Assembly: GCF_963921235.1 (NCBI RefSeq)
Contig: NC_086109.1
Span: forward strand, 30,754,001-30,818,000
Origin: Mobula hypostoma
Lineage: Eukaryota
Length of the DNA: 64,000 bases
Reading direction: 5' to 3'
The position numbers and the translations under genes are program-made. Position 1 is the stretch's first letter; each line of letters begins with the position of its first letter. Below are positions 12,541-25,405 of the stretch, piece after piece. The notes beneath the pieces were generated by a model, which did no database searches, had not been told where the DNA came from, and saw only the letters and a list, made by a program, of their open reading frames with translations.

Positions 12541-14178
12541 TAAGAAATTAGTCAGGAAGTAATGGAGACAAATTAGTTGTAGAAATGTATTGGCTGCCAA
12601 TGAAAGTTCTTTAAGGCAGGCCCAACTTTCCATTTTTCTTGCAGCAATGACAGGGCAGCTGCAGTCTCTGCAGGTATCTGCTGTTCGGGACTGAGTTGCA
12701 GCTTTAAATGCAGCAGTCAGGGTGAAAACCACCTTAACAATTTAAAATAAATCCCCCCATCTTTGTTATATTGGAAGGTCTCCCAGTTGTGTTAGCAAAA
12801 ACTTATCATATGAAACAAGGATGAAATCCAAATTCTAAGCATTTGTCTCCATTATAGCTAGACTTCCTGAAAATGTTTATCACAGGTGTTCAAAATTTTA
12901 AATGAAATACATACTTGCTGAAGATAAATCATAATTTATCTCCAGATGGATAATTATACAAGTGGAGATATGTTCCTATATATAGAACACAGAAAAATTC
13001 TAGAGTCTGCAGCTAGACAAAAAAATTGGAGTTCTAGTTGATTGTGTCATAGAAATTTCTGATTTCCAATTTACTGATATCAATAGGAAATAAAATTTGG
13101 CAATTTCCTAAATGAAAATGAATGAAAATTTACTACTTTCACAAAAAATGCCCAAAGTAATATCATGTGTCCAAAAGAATTGGCTGAATATTGCTACTTG
13201 TATATTCCCCTGACAGGAGAAGTGAATATTCCATGGTTAGTGTAAATTTGCAGGCTTTAGTGTACACACTGGACTTGGAACTATCCCCTCACTTGATTAT
13301 ATTAAGCACTTGTTATTTCATTACAACAAATTAGATATATTCTTTCAATTCCTATTATAACACACCTTCATCACTTCAGCTCAGATTTTGCTGACTGTGA
13401 ATTGCAATGCTGACAACATTACTGTTATTGTCAGGGTGCAACTGTTAGCAACTTCCTGCACTTGCAGCAAAATTTGGAAATCTAGGGATGCTATCGGCAA
13501 CATCTTTCTCCATGGGCTACAATACGGTAGGCTTTACTATGGAGTCTCCATGGCAATCACTGTTATAACTTGAACCTAGGCTAATTACTGATTATTCTAG
13601 TTCTTAAAAAGCAAGTTGAAGAAGTTAAGCAATCGAGAATAATTAATCTAACTGGCATATTAGACTATAATTACTGTTGAGCAAACACTCTGGCCCCATA
13701 AAATTAATCCGACAGGTGTGCAATCTTATTCCCTCAAAAGAAAGTTATAAATTATAGTAATAATGTTTATATAGTTTTGTCCTTTTCTTTCTTGCAACAA
13801 ATGTCTTGATCTTTACTTTAAGTGTGGAGGAGGGGAAAGTTAATAGTCTCATTGTACAGCTGTAGATTCTTCATATTTTTCTTATTATATTGAAGGAAAT
13901 AAATGAAGTAAAGAATAAGAGGAAGATTTCAAAGTGACAGACAAATATTCTAAACTATTATTTAATGTGTATCATGTTGCTATTGAAATAGCGTGAATTT
14001 CAGGGCTGAATGGAGAAAGGGACATAAAAGCTGCATGAAAAGGCTCAAGGAAATAGTAAGAGCTCTAGTTCTGAGCTTTCAAAATCTGTAAATAAAAATA
14101 CTGATTTTTTTCCCCTGGTCCATTATAAAGATTTTGTTCCCCCCTCAGTAATCCTTTGATGATCATTCAGCTAATGTA

Positions 14179-14669
14179 CACTCAGTGGCCTCTTTATTAG
14201 ATACAACAGTTCACCTGCTCAGTAATGCAAATATTTAATCAGCCAATCATGTGGCAACAGATCAATGCATCAGAGCATGCAGACATGGTCAACAGGTTCA
14301 GTTGCTATTCAGACCAAACATTAGAATAGGAAAGAAATTTGATCTAAGTGACTTTGACTGTGTAATGACTTTTGGTGCCAGATCAAGTGGTTTGAGTATC
14401 TCAGAAACTGCTGATCTCCTGGGATTCTCATGCAATCTGTAGAATTAACAATGAATGGTGTGGAAAATAAAACAACACCCAGTGAGTGACAGCTCTGTGG
14501 GCGAAAATGCCTTGTTAATGACAGCGGTCAGAGGAGATTGGCCAGACTGGTTTCAGCTGACAGTAAAGCAACAGTAACACAAGTAACCATGTTTTACAAC
14601 AGTGGTGTGCAGAAGAGCATCTCTGAATGCACAACATGTCATGGCACCTAATAAAGTGACTACAGAGTG
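14179..14669 (+). mobile_element. Tc1-derived non-autonomous DNA transposon
   Basis: TIRs cactcagtggcctctttattag / ctaataaagtgactacagagtg; internal Tc1 transposase HTH remnant (GKKFDLSDFD..GARSSGLSISETADLLGFS). Confidence 0.85.
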
Positions 14670-16769
14670 CATGTTAGTCAAGTGGTCCCATTCTGAAATG
14701 TAAGCAATACAAAACAGATGACAAACAAGATAGTAAGGTCTTGCCCTTTATAGGAGAACTTGTCTTTGTTCCATTAGGTAAATATTTGCTTTACTATGAA
14801 GTTCAAATGAATAATTTTCTATATTCTAATGTGTAGCATGGCCATTATGAAAAGTGAAATAGGTACCAGAACATCCATTCACCAACTGAGCACATGTGAA
14901 AAGACCATGCTTTTTAATTCTGTCATGGAATTTCATCCCTGTGCTTTGTGAACGATAAGTACGCAACTACAATCATTGTACATTGATTGTGAATTTGATT
15001 TGTTCAATGGAACCAACTGTTGAAAATTGAGTAGAAAATGCAGTCACAATGTTCTTGCCCCTAAGTTTGAGAACAGGATGTCACCGGATGAGTAATCATG
15101 ACAAGCCTTGCAGTGCGAGTCAAATGGGATTCTATCCATCGTGTAACTATCAATCTGAGTAGTAACAAATAGAGATGGCAGTGCCTTTCAGGGTCAGGCC
15201 TCATACAGGAACAGGGTTAGAAATGGTTGCTTTTGAAAGGACATCTTCCATGTGGATTCTGAGGTGAGTAATGCTGGACCCATCTTGCTGGCCAAAACAG
15301 CACATGGACTGACTTATCTGGACTAGATATGGTGGTCCAATTTTGCTGGATGTCTGCACCCGTAAAGTCAACTGTTGAGATTCAGTCAGTGTCTGAACCA
15401 TGTAGAGTCCAACTATCAACCAGAGATACCATGTGTCACTCTGCAAGTGCTAAACACACAGCACCATATTTCACTTCAAATGGTCACATACTAAAAATTT
15501 CTTTGCTCTGGAATTGTTGGCCACAACTTCCATAATGTGGTGTTCATATGCATATATGAGCATTCATTCATACATATTTAATGATTATGGGGGGAGAGGT
15601 TGGGCTGTGTCTTAGTGCTTTCTTATCATTCCTCTCCCTCTCCCATTACCTTGTGCACATAGGCATCGTGGTTTTAAATGAAACAAAATGCCCAATTGTA
15701 TGTGAATCAAAGAAAAATAGAGGAAATGGTTGAATCAGGGAATTTTTTTGTGAAAAGGCACAAAAATAAGTTAATTCACACAAACTCTTCTGACTGATGA
15801 TCTCAGTACAGGGAAATGAACTGAAAAATGCTGGGATTACTGAAGTTCAAGAGGAAGGAATTCGTTCCCAATAACAAAAAGGGGATGTCAATTGGGAAGA
15901 AAAGGAGCTCGGGAACAATTAAGCACCAAAAGACCTGAGGAAATTTGCAAGAACTGTGCAGCAGTTTGAAAGGATGCAGCAGTAATGTATAAGATATTGA
16001 CAAACGCTGAACGCAACAGTTATGGGCACATTAAGAAGTTTAAAGAGATAGAAATAGCTTGCTGCACAATTGAGAGACCGGAGGATGGTTATGAAAAAGA
16101 GAGTCTTGTGGAATGTCTGAGAAGATTAGAGTGAGACAGAAGAAAGGAATAAACTGATTTGGAAAGAAAATTAAATAAGGGAAATGCAAATTCACTGGAA
16201 TAAAGGAATCAGGAATTAATTGGAAACCACTAACAATTCAACATGTATGCACAGTTCTACACTAAATATACAGATAGCAGCAAAGCTGTTTTTAATAACT
16301 GCTGTTCTTTTCCAAGCTTGAATGTAATCTGATCATTTTCCCAATCAGAGATAAGGGCCTGGGGTCAGTAAACTCCGGGATACAACTGTCAGCCAGCATT
16401 TTAAAGATTTTGTTCACACAGTAACCAGCATGGAGAGAAACAATTAATGAAAGACAGATCTGCAGACTGTACCTAGCTCTGGGACTGGTGCAGGACTCTT
16501 AGATTAAACATTTCTCCAGCTTTTTTTTAAATACCAAAGTATTTTCTAAAGACTATTATTCCTCAATAGAAGTATGCTAACAATTTGTGTCATGTGGTGA
16601 CTGCAATATAGAGTCCTTAGACATTTCACTGATGGATAAGACTTGCTATTTCTACTTGACTATTTCTACAGCAATTTCAAGTTGCACTAAAGCACTAAAT
16701 CCATCATTGTAGTGAATCTAACTGAATTAGGCTTTTGAGAATTGATTGATTATTTATTTATCTATCTAT

Positions 16770-16992
16770 CTATTTAGAGATACAGCATGGAACAGACCTT
16801 TTTGGCGCAAAGAGTTTCACCACCCAGCAGCCCATCTATTTAACCCCAGTCTAAACATAGGAAAATTTACAATCACCAATTATCCTACTCACGGGAAGAA
16901 AACACCAACTCCTTACAGATGGCACTGGAATTTAACCCCAAACTCCAACACCTCGAGCTGTAATAGCATTGTGCCAAATGCTATGCTACCAT
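16770..16992 (-). mobile_element. SINE, V-SINE/HE1-like (degenerate)
   Basis: The reverse complement begins with an A-box-like ggtagcatagcatt..acagc and a B-box-like segment; similar layout to 25050-25405. Confidence 0.5.
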
Positions 16993-18037
16993 AGGATTAC
17001 CAAGGCAAGGGAAGTAGCCTCGTTCATGTTAGTTTGATGGGAAAAAAAATGCAGAAATTTATTTGCTCAGCCACAGATGATGAGAGATTTAAGTGGAGCA
17101 TGGAAAAATGCTGTTTTTTTTAAATGAAAGAAATATTGAAAATATCTGCAAGGAACAGAGTCCAATAGCAGCTTACCATCATAGTAACTGAAGAGGAAAG
17201 TAAATTGGGGACGAGGAGGATTAGATTGAATCGAATAGATGACAATTAGAGGAGAAAGTTCCAGAAGTCTAAGAAGATGTCAGCATTTTATGCTGAATCA
17301 TTATTTGATTTGGACAGAAATTTAAATAAAGCACTTAATTATTGTCCACATATATCATCCAATATATTTTTTCTAACTGTGCTATGGCACTATCATTACA
17401 AACTAAATTGAACTGTGGTGTTGCTGCTATAAATGCAGTGGCACTAACAATTGTTCATCGTAGCAGATAAATAAAAGTGATTTGTATTAATAAATTAATG
17501 TCTTGGCAGACAATAATGGTGCAGAGGTACTGTATATAGTAAATAATTTCTCAGTAGTACTATAATATACAGTAAATAATGTTCCTTTTTGCCACTAATT
17601 TAGGTAGAGAGAATTGCATGAGAAATACAAGTCTGAAATTCAAATAGCCACCACAGAGAAGGATTTTATATAATACATTTGAACTACCATGTTTATAACT
17701 TATTATCTTCAGTAGAGAGATGTGCCTCCTCCCATATTCAATATAAATGGCAATTAATATATCCTTCTATTCAAATCTCCCTATGGTTTGTATCCAACAT
17801 CCCTTTGAGTGTATGAGTGTATAGAGAGAATATGGATTAACTATGCATTCTGGATTACGATCTAGTATCAATCTATCTCATCCAGTTTAAATATTTAATG
17901 TAGAGTATCCAAATGGACATAACACTGGCTACTTAATATTTCTGGTCCCTAGTACTGATTTTTGCTACAAGAATATCATCATGTTAGAGTGGGACCTATT
18001 TCCCCATACTCACCTCTCAGATGTCTCCATTTCCCTA

Positions 18038-18171
18038 AGGGGTCACTTCCTCCAACAAGCAATCAAGTCCTTGTCAAATGCAACAGAAGAAAGCAGCAAT
18101 TGGATTTGGATGAAAAGGAAAAACAGCAACTGGGCTGCAAGATGAAGACAGGAGGATATGGAACTGAAGGG
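18038..18171 (+). mobile_element. HERO-type (RLE) non-LTR retrotransposon 3' fragment, left part
   Basis: Encodes GHFLQQAIKSLSNATEESSNWIWMKRKNSNWAAR*; matches the reverse complement of about 47408-47540. Confidence 0.8.
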
Positions 18172-19610
18172 AACACTGACAACACGCTGGAGGAACTCAG
18201 CAGGTTGGGCAGCATCCGTGGAAAAGATCGGTCGACATTTCAGGCCGGAACCTTTCGTCAGGACCGTAGAGGGAAGGGGCAGAGGCCCTATAAAGAAGGC
18301 GGGGGGAGTGTGGGAAGGAGAAGGCTGGTAGGTTCCAGGTGAAAAACCAGTAAGGGGAAAGATAAGGGGGTGGGGGAAGGGAGGCAGGGAGATGATAGGC
18401 AGGAAAGGTGAAGAAAGAATAGGGGAAAACACAATGGGTAGTAGAAGGAGGTGGAACCATGAGGGAGGTGATTGGCAGCTGGGGGAGGGGGCAGAGTGAC
18501 ATAGGGATAGAGGAAGGGAGGGGGAGGGAATTACCGGAAGTTGGAGAATTCTATGTTCATACCAAGGGGCTGGAGACTACCTAGACGGTATATGAGGTGT
18601 TGCTCCTCCAAACTGAGTTTAGCCTCATCTTGGCAGTATAGACATATCTGAATGGGAGTGGGAAGCAGAGTTGAAGTCGGTGGCTACTGGGAGGTCCTGT
18701 CTGTTTCGGCGGACGGAGCGGAGGTGTTTGATGAAGCGGTCCCCCAATCTGCGTCGGGTTTCACCGATGTAGAGGAGGCCGCACTGGGAGCACCGAATGC
18801 AATAGATGACCCCAACAGACTCACAAGTGAAGTGTTGCCTCACTTGGAAGGACTGTTTGTGGCCCTGAATGGTGGCAAGAGAGGTGGTGTAGGGACAGGT
18901 GTAACACTTGCGCTTACGGGGATAAGTGCCAGATGGGAGATCCGTGGGGAGAGACGTGTGGACCAGGGAGTCGCAGAGGGACCGATCCCTGCGGAAGGTG
19001 GAGAGGGGTAGAGAGGGAAAGATGTGCTTAGTGGTGGGGTCCTGTTGAAGGTGGCGGAAGTTGCAGAGGATAATGTGTTGGATCCAGAGGCTGGTGAGGT
19101 GGTAGGTGAGGACAAGGGGAACTCTGTCCCTGTTGTGGTGGCAGGAGGATGAGGCGAGAGCCAAAGTGCGGGAAATTGAGGAGATGCGGGTGAAGGCATC
19201 ATTGATGACAGCAGAAGGGAAACCATGATCCTTAAAAAAAGAGGACATTTGAGATGTCCTAGAATGGAAAACCTCATCCTCGGAGCAGATGCGGTGGAGA
19301 CGGGGGAACTGGGAATAGGGAATGGCATTTTTGCATGTGGCAGGGTGGGAAGAGGTATAGTCGAGGTAGTTATGAGAGTCAGTGGGCTTGTAGAAGATGT
19401 CAGTGGACAGTCTGTCTCCAGAGATGGAGACTGAGAGATCGAGAAAGGAGAGAAAATTGTCCGAGATAGACCAAGTGAATTTGAGGGCTGGGTGGAAGTT
19501 AGAAGTAAAGTTGATGAAATTGACGAGCTCAGCATGGGTGCAGGAAGCAGCATCAATGTAGTCGTCAATGTACCGAAGGAAAAGTTGGGGAGCAGTACCA
19601 GAATAGGTTT
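18172..19610 (-). mobile_element. Penelope-like element, 5'-truncated within RT; RT C-terminus + GIY-YIG endonuclease + 3' UTR
   Basis: The frame of ORF 18625..19248 extends upstream to FLRYIDD (about 19561-19581). It contains C..C and VIYCIRCSQCGLLYIGETRRRLGDRF (GIY-YIG); terminal hammerhead present. Confidence 0.93.
18229..18266 (-). ncRNA. Minimal type I hammerhead ribozyme motif
   Basis: cggtc-CTGACGA-a-AGGT-tccg-GCCT-GAAA-TG-TC-gaccg: 5-bp stem I and 4-bp stem II; the ACGT palindrome has decayed to ATGT. Confidence 0.75.
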
Positions 19611-19814
19611 GGGGTATCTGGGATGCCAGGTAGCACCGTTGAGCCCTCTGGAGACGTCATGGGCTTATTAACGAAACGTCAAAGAAGGAGGGTGCCCACC
19701 TAGTGACCCCGATGACATACCTACCCTCCCTCCTTGTCACCACACCAAGTCCACTGCCAACACCGAGAGTGCCGACTTACGATAGGGATTGAAACATCAA
19801 GTCCTAGTAGCTCT
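19611..19814 (+). mobile_element. HERO-type element 3' UTR (right part of the 18038 copy)
   Basis: Matches the reverse complement of 47204-47404 and ends at the same base (..gtcctagtagctct). Confidence 0.85.
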
Positions 19815-20307
19815 GCTTGCCACCAATAAGATCAAGTTTTCAAGGTGGGGAATCCTAGACCCAATTCCGAAGGACATATGTGTCATAGACGGATTGTCAG
19901 TTGATTTGAAGATGCTTTGACACAATAGCTTTGAAACATGTAGAAAGCCTCTGACAGATGCTAAGGTCCGACCCTAGTTTTGACGCTTATCAAAGTTGTC
20001 ATTCTTTGGGAATATTCCTAAAATTCAGAAGCATTCTAAATGTCTTAAAAATAAAACAAGTAATTTTGAAGAAAGAATACTAATATTTATAATGAAAAAA
20101 TAAAATCACCTGAGCATATCCAAACACACTTTTAAATGTTTAAAATTATTATTGCAAACCCATGAGATTTAAATAATTTAACTTTACAGATTTCATGTCT
20201 TCCTTCCTTGCTGCTTTGAAATTATGCCCAATCTGCATCTATTTAGGCACAGGATCCATAAGCAGGTTATTCAGCACTAGGCTCAATAAAAGTTCTTGTA
20301 TTGGATT

Positions 20308-20893
20308 TCCGGTTTGGTCGCCGGCTGTGTGACCATGGTTTTCGGTCGGGCGCCGGATGCTCGGAGAGATTTGGTCGGGGGCGAGCGCCCGATGCTTGGC
20401 CGGGGGCCATGGTCAAGTGGTCGGCAACTTGGGCCGGCTCCCCCACTGGACTTAGTCCGGTGAGGAGGGTGTGAGGACACCCAGCAGGACTAAAAAAGAA
20501 CAAGACCTGACAAAGGGCAGATGAGCTCCTTGTGAGCCAATGGCCATCTTCCGTGGAAGCGATTAAAGCCTCACCACGTATCTACGAATCTTATGCTATG
20601 CACCTAGTTAGAAGAGACATGATGAACTTGGGCACAGCACTGTGTGCCTGGACCTGCCTAAGGCTTCCCCCTAAGGAAGGGCCAAGCTCGAAGAAGCAAC
20701 CATGGCTCCATGGCTGGAGGCCAACACGGCCTCGGGCTCGAGTTCGGCGGGGGCAGCGGTGGGTGGTGCCAAGGTGGCCAGTGAGAACAAACTGGAGGAG
20801 AGGCTGTACTCGATGCTGTCGCAAGATCAAAGAAGATGGAGGTGCATAGCCGTCAACCCTGGATTCAGGAGGGCACCCACTGATGACTGACTG
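20308..20893 (+). mobile_element. Non-autonomous RTE-like retroposon (internally deleted), 586 bp
   Basis: Perfect 8-bp TSD ATTGGATT (20300-20307, 20894-20901). The 3' end encodes an RTE-like C-terminus (QDQRRWR..) and ends in a tgatgactgactg tail. The 5' part is CpG-rich and structured. Confidence 0.7.
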
Positions 20894-21604
20894 ATTGGAT
20901 TGTACTGATGGACTTACTTGCAAGGATCCATTGTTATTATGCCCCTCTGCACCTTGTGGCACACCAGGCAGCAGCCTTGCCGTTTCTTTGGCATTTCGTC
21001 TGATTTTTTACATGGCCAGTTTGCCAGCTCAGTGCTCAACCAGAATGGATGGAAAGTGATCAAGGAGCAGGCCAGATTGAAACTCAAGACCACTCTCCTC
21101 AAAGTCCAGTGCTGGTGCTATGGGACTTCTAAATTTGGTGTTGAAATGCCAAACTTTCAAGCATCAATAGGGTTAAAAATGCAGCCTAAGTTCTGGCATA
21201 ATTTGTTAATCTACCTTGGTTAGTTAAAGGCCTCGTTTATTTTCAAATTTCACTCAAAACCTCTTCCTATGATGATCACATCTCTTCAGTAGATCATTCA
21301 CCATAAGGTAAGCAGATATTCTTCCTATACGTTAACATAAATACAATGGCTCTCTTGGTTAACTGATGCCACGACATGTGCTGCTAAAGCCTTCATAATA
21401 TATAATAGTTATAGTGGCAAGTTTCCAGAGATCAACATTCAGGTGACTATACACCACAAGGGAATCATCATGGAAATTGTTGAGGAACTAATAAGAGAAA
21501 AAAAATCCAGCAATTAAAAATAATATTAACAACAGTAACCTGCAAATAAGAGACAAAATTCTGTGCTGGATTTTCTTCCCAGCTACTCAAAGTGTCTAAA
21601 GTAA

Positions 21605-23670
21605 TTAGAACATTCGAACATTGGAAAGTTTTTCAGAAGAACAGGCCATTCGGCCTAACAAATCTTGCCAAATTTATATTCACACCATGTGTTGAAATAG
21701 CTATCAAGTTTAGATTTGAAGTACTACTCTCAACTACACAACTAGGTAGTTTGTTCCAAGTGTTCTCAACTCAGTCTGTAAAGAAATACTTCCTGACGTT
21801 TGTCTGAAATCTCCCTTTAATCAGTCTCCATGTATGGCCCAGTGTCCTCGTTGATGGATTGGCTTTGAAGTAGCAGCTGGCATCCACCTTACTTATACCC
21901 TTACTGATTTTCAACACTTCTATCATGTCGCCATCTCATTCTACATCTACTTAGGCTAAAAATATTGAAGTCTTTCAATCTTTCTTCCTACCCCGCAGAC
22001 CTGGAATAAGTCTCATTTCCTTTCTCTGAACTCTTTCCAGTGCCTTCTCATCCCTCGCACAATATGGAAATTAACATTGTACACAGTGCTCAAGGTATGG
22101 CCTCACAAGCTCATTATACAGCTTAAGGAAAAACCCTCTAGACCTGAACTCCACTAGCGCATTATATAGCCCAACATTCTATTAGCCTTCCTAATTGCTT
22201 CTGTGTATTCTCTAGATATTGATAGTGATGAGTCTACCAGGATGCCAAATCCTTCTCATACAGTGCAATTTCTAACTCAAGCCCCCCCCATTTAATATTT
22301 CTACTTCCTATATGTAATATTTTACATTTACTTACAATAAATTTCATCTGCCGTTTATCTGCCCACATCTGGATTTTGTATGATTCTGTATGAATTCTGC
22401 TGCCTGAATGTTATCAACCCGTCTCCCTAATTTTCTGTCATCTGCAGACTTTACTAGTTTATTTGTTATGTGCTTTCCAAACCATTAATTTAAATCAAAA
22501 ACAGCAGCAACCCCAAAACTGATCCCTGCGCACCCCCACTTTCAACAAGTTCTAGGTGTGGAAATGATCCTCTCACCATAACTTGTTGTTTTCTGTTTTT
22601 GAGCCAATTCTGCACCCATTCATACTCCTTACCCTGAATCTCTACCTCCTGCAATATGATTATTAACCTCTTGTGGGGTACCTTGTCAAAAGCCTTCTGA
22701 AAGTCCAAGTAAATTATATCAACCACTCTATTGTTATCATAAACTTCACTTGCATCTTCATAAAACTCCAGCATATTAGTAAAACATGATTTCCCCTTTC
22801 TGAGCTCATGCTGGTTTTCTGTTAATGTGCCTGTTCTTATCAACTCCTTTTCCACCTCAATCTTTATTAATGTTTCCTTTGCCTTACCTATGACACACAT
22901 TAAGCTTACTGGTTTATAGTTACCAAGGTCTGTGCGGTCACCATTCTTACTGTATATGCCATGACAACGTTCACCCACTTCCAGTCCTTGGGGATTTCAC
23001 TAGTCTTCAATGACTTTTGAAAAATACATGTTAAGGATTTGTATATATAATCACTGATCTTTTTAAGTACCCTTGGATATATGTTGTCTGGCTCTGGAGC
23101 TTTACTAACTTTTAGCCTTTTCAGCTAAAACAGGACCTTACTTTCTAAGATCTCTAAGTCACTTAAAAAAACATTACTTTTCTCTACACTTACTGGTATA
23201 TTTCTAACACTCAATATTTGGAAAAGTAAAATCTCCCATAACTATAACTATAACATCACCCTCAGAACTTTCTTTTCTAATATTCTGATAGAGTTTTTTA
23301 TTAAAATCACTATCAGCATTAGGAGTTCTATAACATACACCCAATGTTATTCCTTTATCATTATGGTTTTCAATTCTCATCCAGATATCATCGGTAAGTC
23401 TCGATTCATCTCCTATCATAAGCAGCCTCGTGTTTAAATTCTCTCTTGTGTATATGGCTGCTGTTCTACCTTTACGATCTTGCCTATCTTTCCTAAGTAA
23501 AGTATGTCATTTAATATGATTTTCGTCACCATTCTTTGAGTTCAGCCAGGTTTCAGTTATAGCTATTATATCATACTTATACGCACTCGCATATAATTCC
23601 AACTCATTTATTTTATTCTTAATACTTCTTGCATTTGTACAGGCCATCCTTAGTCTATTACTGATATTTT
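21605..23670 (-). mobile_element. CR1 LINE, degenerate, with internal deletions
   Basis: ORFs 22490..22978 (YLDFQKAFDKVPH, QGSVLG) and 23204..23419 (GVCYR, MGDF); agaacattcgaacatt tail at about 21608. Confidence 0.9.
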
Positions 23671-24509
23671 TCATTAAATATAATACTTGACATCAAATCA
23701 ACATTATTCTGCACAACAGATGGCTTAGTAGTATTTTCAAACAAAATTGATTGTTTGAAGTCATGAACTTTCCGGAAAAATATTTTTCTTCATGCTTTTA
23801 ACTAGCCCAAGGAGATATTCCTTAATCCTTAAACAAGCATAAATTTTATGCATATCTCATTAAGGGAAAAGCTATATTTTCAGAACTGTTGCTAATTATT
23901 TTGTGTCAGTGTTTAAACAATAAAGCATAGAATTACTAGAATCAAAAATTTGCATATAAAAGGTCTATGCTGTATTAACGTAGCAGGTTCAGTTCATTAT
24001 AACTCAAATTAAATGAGGACAATACATCAAATGCACTAGATGTACTTCAATAAAATTAATTAATAAGCACATTCATTGCTTCAAATTAACTGGCTATCAG
24101 TTTCTATCTCTACACTGCGTTTGTTAAAGAAAATAGAAAAAGGTTCAAGAGTAAACATTTGTTAAGTTTGGGAATGCTGGAACTGGATTTCTGAGAACTA
24201 ACCCCAAGTGATATTGAAGATGGTACAGTTGGGTGCTACAAAATTGTTTGTAGAACAAATTATGCCACTCCCTGCACTTGTGAGGGCTATAGCAATATGA
24301 TCTGAAAAGACAACAGTAAAATGCATAGCAAGCAGTTCATGGTGACAATCTGCCTCCTACATTGGCTGAGGTTTTGTTGTTTATTTTACATCTGTGCAGC
24401 ACTGGAATATATTTTTTACCCTTCCCCAGTTTTCTGTTGAAAAGATGGTGGAACTCCTCCAGCTGAATAACTTGCTGGACCATTTCAGAAGGGGTTTAGA
24501 GTCACATAT

Positions 24510-25040
24510 ACGCTCAGTAACCTCCTTTAGATGCACCTATACACCTGATTGTTAGGACAAATATCTAATCAGCCAATCATGTGGCAGCAACTCTTTGCAT
24601 AAAAGCATGCAGACATGGTCAAGTGGTTCAGTTGTTGATCAGACCAAACATCAGAATAGGGAAGAAATGTAATCTAAGTGACTTTGACTGTGAAATGATA
24701 ATTGGTGCCAGGCAGAGTGGCTTGAGTATCTCAGAAACTGCTGATCTCCTGGGATTTTCATGCACAACAATCTCATAGAAAATGATGTGTAAAACAAAAA
24801 AAAAAATCCAGTGAGCAGCAGTACTGTGGATGAAAATGCCTTGTTAGTGAGAGGAATCAGAGGAGAATGGTCACAACTATTAAAGTTGACAGGAAGCAAT
24901 AGTTACTCAAATAACAATTTTTTACAACAGTGGTGTCCAGAAGAGCATCTCTGAATTCACAAAATCTCAAACTTTGAAGTGAATGATCAGCAGAAGACCA
25001 TGAGCATAGAATCAGTGGCCATTTTACTAGTTGCAGGACG
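24510..25040 (+). mobile_element. Tc1-derived non-autonomous element (same family as 14179)
   Basis: GKKCNLSDFDCEMIIGARQSGLSISETADLLGFS remnant; colinear with 14179-14669. Confidence 0.8.
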
Positions 25041-25049
25041 TACTGTACA

Positions 25050-25405
25050 TAACATCATAGCTTACCAGCTAGTGCAGTCACTTTACAGCAACAGTGATCA
25101 CCAATTGGGCTTTAATTCCTATTGCTGCTTGTGAAGAGTTGGTATGTTTCTCCTGTGACCGCATGGATTTCCTCTTGGTACTCTGGTTTCCACCAACCCT
25201 CCAAAGATGTATAGTTTGGGATAGTAAGCTGAGGGCATGCTATGTTGGCACTAAAAGCATGTAAATTCTTAAGGGCACAAGTGTGTAATGCTTCCAGTGC
25301 CAACATAACTTCAGCATAATCCTTGCTGAGTTCATTTGAAGCAAATGACATATTTTACTGTATGTTTCAAAGTTTCAATGTACATGTGACAAAAAGCTAA
25401 TCTTA
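25050..25405 (+). mobile_element. tRNA-derived V-SINE/HE1-like SINE
   Basis: Central core ctcctgtgaccgcatggatttcctc..tctggtttcc..ccaaaga typical of V-SINEs; tail gtgacaaaaagctaatctt. Confidence 0.6.

Noticed and set aside
18840..19568. 242-aa Ser/Pro/Thr-rich ORF
   Set aside because: Alternative frame of the PLE RT coding region with skewed base composition.
20702..20890. MAPWLEANTASGSSSAGAAVGG.. as a captured host gene fragment
   Set aside because: No protein recognised; it lies inside the TSD-bounded RTE-like element and is explained as an alternative frame running across the deletion junction.
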